Of a stretch of DNA of 64,000 bases, positions 61,399 through 64,000 are shown one piece after another (position 1 is the stretch's first letter; every line of letters starts with the position of its first letter). A program made the translations under genes and the position numbers. The notes below the pieces were generated by a model, which did not search any database, was not told the origin of the DNA, and was given only the letters and a program-made list of their open reading frames with translations. The DNA comes from Thermodesulfobium acidiphilum (GTDB lineage Bacteria > Thermodesulfobiota > Thermodesulfobiia > Thermodesulfobiales > Thermodesulfobiaceae). Location of the stretch: positions 1 through 64,000 of the forward strand of contig NZ_CP020921.1 in the NCBI RefSeq assembly GCF_003057965.1, read 5' to 3'.

Positions 61399-62580
61399 CT
61401 AATCTTTGTATAAAAATTCGAAAGTTTCAGGATAGTCGTTATTTATACCTAAAGAAAGCGTAAATTGGTGAATGTCTATAAAACCAAGCTTAAACGAAGC
61501 AGCGCAACCTTTAAGGTATATATCCCACATTCTCAGAAAGGTCCTACCAAATTTTTTTTCTATTTCATCTTTGTGAGTTTCATAATTTTTTGACCAATAT
61601 TCAAGGGTTCTTGCGTAATGTCTTCTTAAACTTTCTACGTGTAAAACTCTAAAGTCATAATCAGGTAAGATATTTATGATTTCTCTGACTGTCGGTATGT
61701 AGCCGCCTGGAAAGATGTGTTTGTTCATCCATGAATGTTGACCACCCTCTTCTAAACCTGTGATAGTATGAAGCATAAAAATTCCAGATCGTTTTAACAC
61801 GCTTGAAGTCTTTTTCATGAATCCTGGTATTCTTTTTTGCCCTACATGTTCAAACATTCCTATGCTTATAATCTTGTCAAATAAATCCTTTTTTGGATCT
61901 AACTCTTCATAACTTTCCAACCTTACTTCTACTTTTTCAAAAAGGTTTCTTAACTCTATTTGTTCCTTTATATGAGAAAATTGCTCCTGACTTAGGGTTA
62001 TACCTGTAACATAAACGCCGTACTTTGTTGCTGCTTCAAAAAGAAGTTCTCCCCAGCCACAACCTATATCTAATAATTTTTCGCCCTTTTGTAAATTTAG
62101 CTTTTTAAGCGAATGGGATATCTTGTTTCTTTGTGCTTGCTCTAATGAATCTGTAGGGGTTTTAAAGTATGCACACGAGTAACACATTGAAGAATCAAGC
62201 CACAAGGAGAAGAAATCATTTCCAAGATCGTAGTGTTTTTGAATGTTTTTCATATCTTTCTCTTTAGACTTACCTATTCCTAGAGTTGTGTTAAGTGTGG
62301 TCATGAATGTGTTTTTTTTCTGAGGTCTGAATATATTTTTATTCGTTTCTAACAGTTCCATCAAGTCTTCAATAGTCCCTTCAATATCAAAATATTCTTC
62401 TATATAAAGGTCACCAAGCGTTAGAAGAGGATCGTCTAAAGAAATTAAAGGTGGTTCTTTTAAGAATCTTATAGTTATTTTAGGGTTATTGTTGTATGTC
62501 CTCTCTTCGTTGTCCCAATATACAACCCTTATCCCCCCCTGTAATTTTTTCAAAAAAACATCTAAGAGCTCCTTTTTCAT
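61399..62580 (-). CDS. cfa: Cyclopropane-fatty-acyl-phospholipid synthase
   Basis: HYDLGNDFF, YSCAYF, LDIGCGWG, SIGMFEHVG, IFPGG, HYARTL..W. Confidence 0.94.
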   Translation of the reverse strand: MKKELLDVFLKKLQGGIRVVYWDNEERTYNNNPKITIRFLKEPPLISLDDPLLTLGDLYIEEYFDIEGTIEDLMELLETNKNIFRPQKKNTFMTTLNTTLGIGKSKEKDMKNIQKHYDLGNDFFSLWLDSSMCYSCAYFKTPTDSLEQAQRNKISHSLKKLNLQKGEKLLDIGCGWGELLFEAATKYGVYVTGITLSQEQFSHIKEQIELRNLFEKVEVRLESYEELDPKKDLFDKIISIGMFEHVGQKRIPGFMKKTSSVLKRSGIFMLHTITGLEEGGQHSWMNKHIFPGGYIPTVREIINILPDYDFRVLHVESLRRHYARTLEYWSKNYETHKDEIEKKFGRTFLRMWDIYLKGCAASFKLGFIDIHQFTLSLGINNDYPETFEFLYKD

Positions 62581-62679
62581 AGGTGGCCTCCTTAAAATGT
62601 ACACTAATTAACTTATATCATTAAAATTCCTTTTCTATTATAATATTATCAAAATATAATAAACAATCAAGGAGGTAAT

Positions 62680-63573
62680 ATGAACGTTTATTTTCCTGTG
62701 TCTGGAGTTAATGTAAATATTCTTTTACCTCCTGTTGTTGCCTTTGTCATTTCATTTTTTACTTCTATGGGCGGAGTTTCAGGTGCTTTCTTAATTTTAC
62801 CATTTCAAGTTAGTTTTTTAAACTACACTTCTCCAGGGGTATCTGGGACTAACTTTATCTATAATATAGTTTCGATTCCTGGCGGAGTTTATAGATACTT
62901 TAAAGAAGGCAGGATGTTTTATCCTTTAGCTATAGTTCTTACGATTGGGACACTGCCAGGCGTTTTTATTGGCTATTTTATAAGAGTAAGATATCTGTAT
63001 AACCCTGCTTTCTTCAAGGCGTTTGTTGGAGTTGTATTGCTTTATATCGGATCTCGTTTGCTTTTTGATTTAGTTAGGTCAAAGAGGGTCAAATTTGCGA
63101 AGGACTTTAAGTTTAAAATTTTAAGTTCAAATATATTTAAATCATATTTTGAATTTCAAGAAAAAAAATATAGTTTTTCAAACTTTTGGGTCTTTTTATT
63201 GTCCTTTTTTGTTGGAATTGTAGGAGGCGCTTACGGCATAGGCGGAGGATCTATTATAGCTCCATTTTGCGTGGCAGTTTTTAAACTGCCAGTTTACATA
63301 GTAGCGGGACCAGCACTTTTAGCTACCTGGGTAACTTCAATTTTGGGCGTTTTTTATTATGCTATTAACCCTCTAGGTACTTCAGGATCTGAGCCTGATA
63401 TTTTCTTAGGTCTTTTATTTGGTTTAGGTGGAGTTGCAGGGACCTATCTTGGGGCAAGGTGTCAAAAACATGTTCCTTCGGAAATAATTAAAATAATTTT
63501 GTCTGTTTCAATATTTTTTCTTGCTGTGAAATATATCTTTGACTTTGTATTAAAAGTTCTGTTCACTCCTTAG
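62680..63573 (+). CDS. Sulfite exporter TauE/SafE (TSUP) family permease
   Basis: Two glycine-rich repeats (GGVSGAF, GIGGGS), multiple TMs. Confidence 0.88.
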   Translation: MNVYFPVSGVNVNILLPPVVAFVISFFTSMGGVSGAFLILPFQVSFLNYTSPGVSGTNFIYNIVSIPGGVYRYFKEGRMFYPLAIVLTIGTLPGVFIGYFIRVRYLYNPAFFKAFVGVVLLYIGSRLLFDLVRSKRVKFAKDFKFKILSSNIFKSYFEFQEKKYSFSNFWVFLLSFFVGIVGGAYGIGGGSIIAPFCVAVFKLPVYIVAGPALLATWVTSILGVFYYAINPLGTSGSEPDIFLGLLFGLGGVAGTYLGARCQKHVPSEIIKIILSVSIFFLAVKYIFDFVLKVLFTP

Positions 63574-64000
63574 TTGAAATGCTAAGACTTTTTATGAATT
63601 TTATTTCTCTAAGCTCTTCAAAGATTTTTAAAAACGGCTTTTCTGAAACTGCTTCAATCAAAAGGGATACCTTAAGTTCTTCTTTCTCAAAGTTACAGGA
63701 CATATCGTGCGAGAGCACAACAACTTTGTTTTTAGCAAGAATGCTGGAGAGTTTTGTTTGTGCCTCTTCTTTGTCACACGATTTGATTGAAATGTTTAAT
63801 ATTCTTATTTCTCTCTTTATTAAGCTGCTTAACTTTCTAAGTATGGTTAAAGGTATAAGGGAAGATATCGTACCAAAGGCCACCAACAGATATAATCCTG
63901 AACCGATACAAAGACCTAAGATCATATTGAGAAATATCAATGCAGCAGTTGTTAGCCCTTGTACCTCACCCCTGGTTTTAAGTATTACACCTGCTCCCAA
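63563..64000 (-). CDS. MgtC/SapB family protein (5' end outside window)
   Basis: GAGVIL..VQGLTTAA..GL.IGSG followed by ACT-like tail. Confidence 0.88.
   Translation of the reverse strand: MGAGVILKTRGEVQGLTTAALIFLNMILGLCIGSGLYLLVAFGTISSLIPLTILRKLSSLIKREIRILNISIKSCDKEEAQTKLSSILAKNKVVVLSHDMSCNFEKEELKVSLLIEAVSEKPFLKIFEELREIKFIKSLSISTKE

Overview
This 64-kb window is the origin-proximal region of an AT-rich bacterial chromosome. It opens with dnaA-oriC-dnaN-recF-DUF721-gyrB-gyrA, which runs on the same strand into a polyprenyl synthase gene and a rearranged Firmicutes-type flagellar/chemotaxis cluster (to ~26.6 kb) followed by a diguanylate cyclase. The middle holds cooC-cooS (a Ni-CO dehydrogenase with a CxxC D-cluster motif), three decayed genes not resolved by the ORF track, CIRCE-controlled groESL, an MCP, ogt, ggt, a GlcE-GlcD-like fusion and a peroxiredoxin. 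The last 15 kb carry rmlA/rmlD and an outer-membrane/LPS cluster (bamA-skp-lpxD-hyp-lpxC-fabZ-lpxA-kdsA-kdsD-kdsC-lptC-like), cfa, a TauE exporter and a partial MgtC. Firmicutes-like chemotaxis and CIRCE regulation combined with LPS genes and CODH suggest a deep-branching anaerobic diderm (Thermodesulfobium-like; inference only). No rRNA, tRNA, CRISPR array, transposase or phage gene was recognised, and I cannot claim a wholly new system. The most unusual signals are two apparently intact genes lacking a canonical start codon (a FlhB C-terminal paralogue in frame behind the flhB stop, and lpxC), leaderless genes, an adenine deaminase collapsed by in-frame deletions, and the GlcE-GlcD fusion. 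All calls are from motif recognition by eye; no searches were run.
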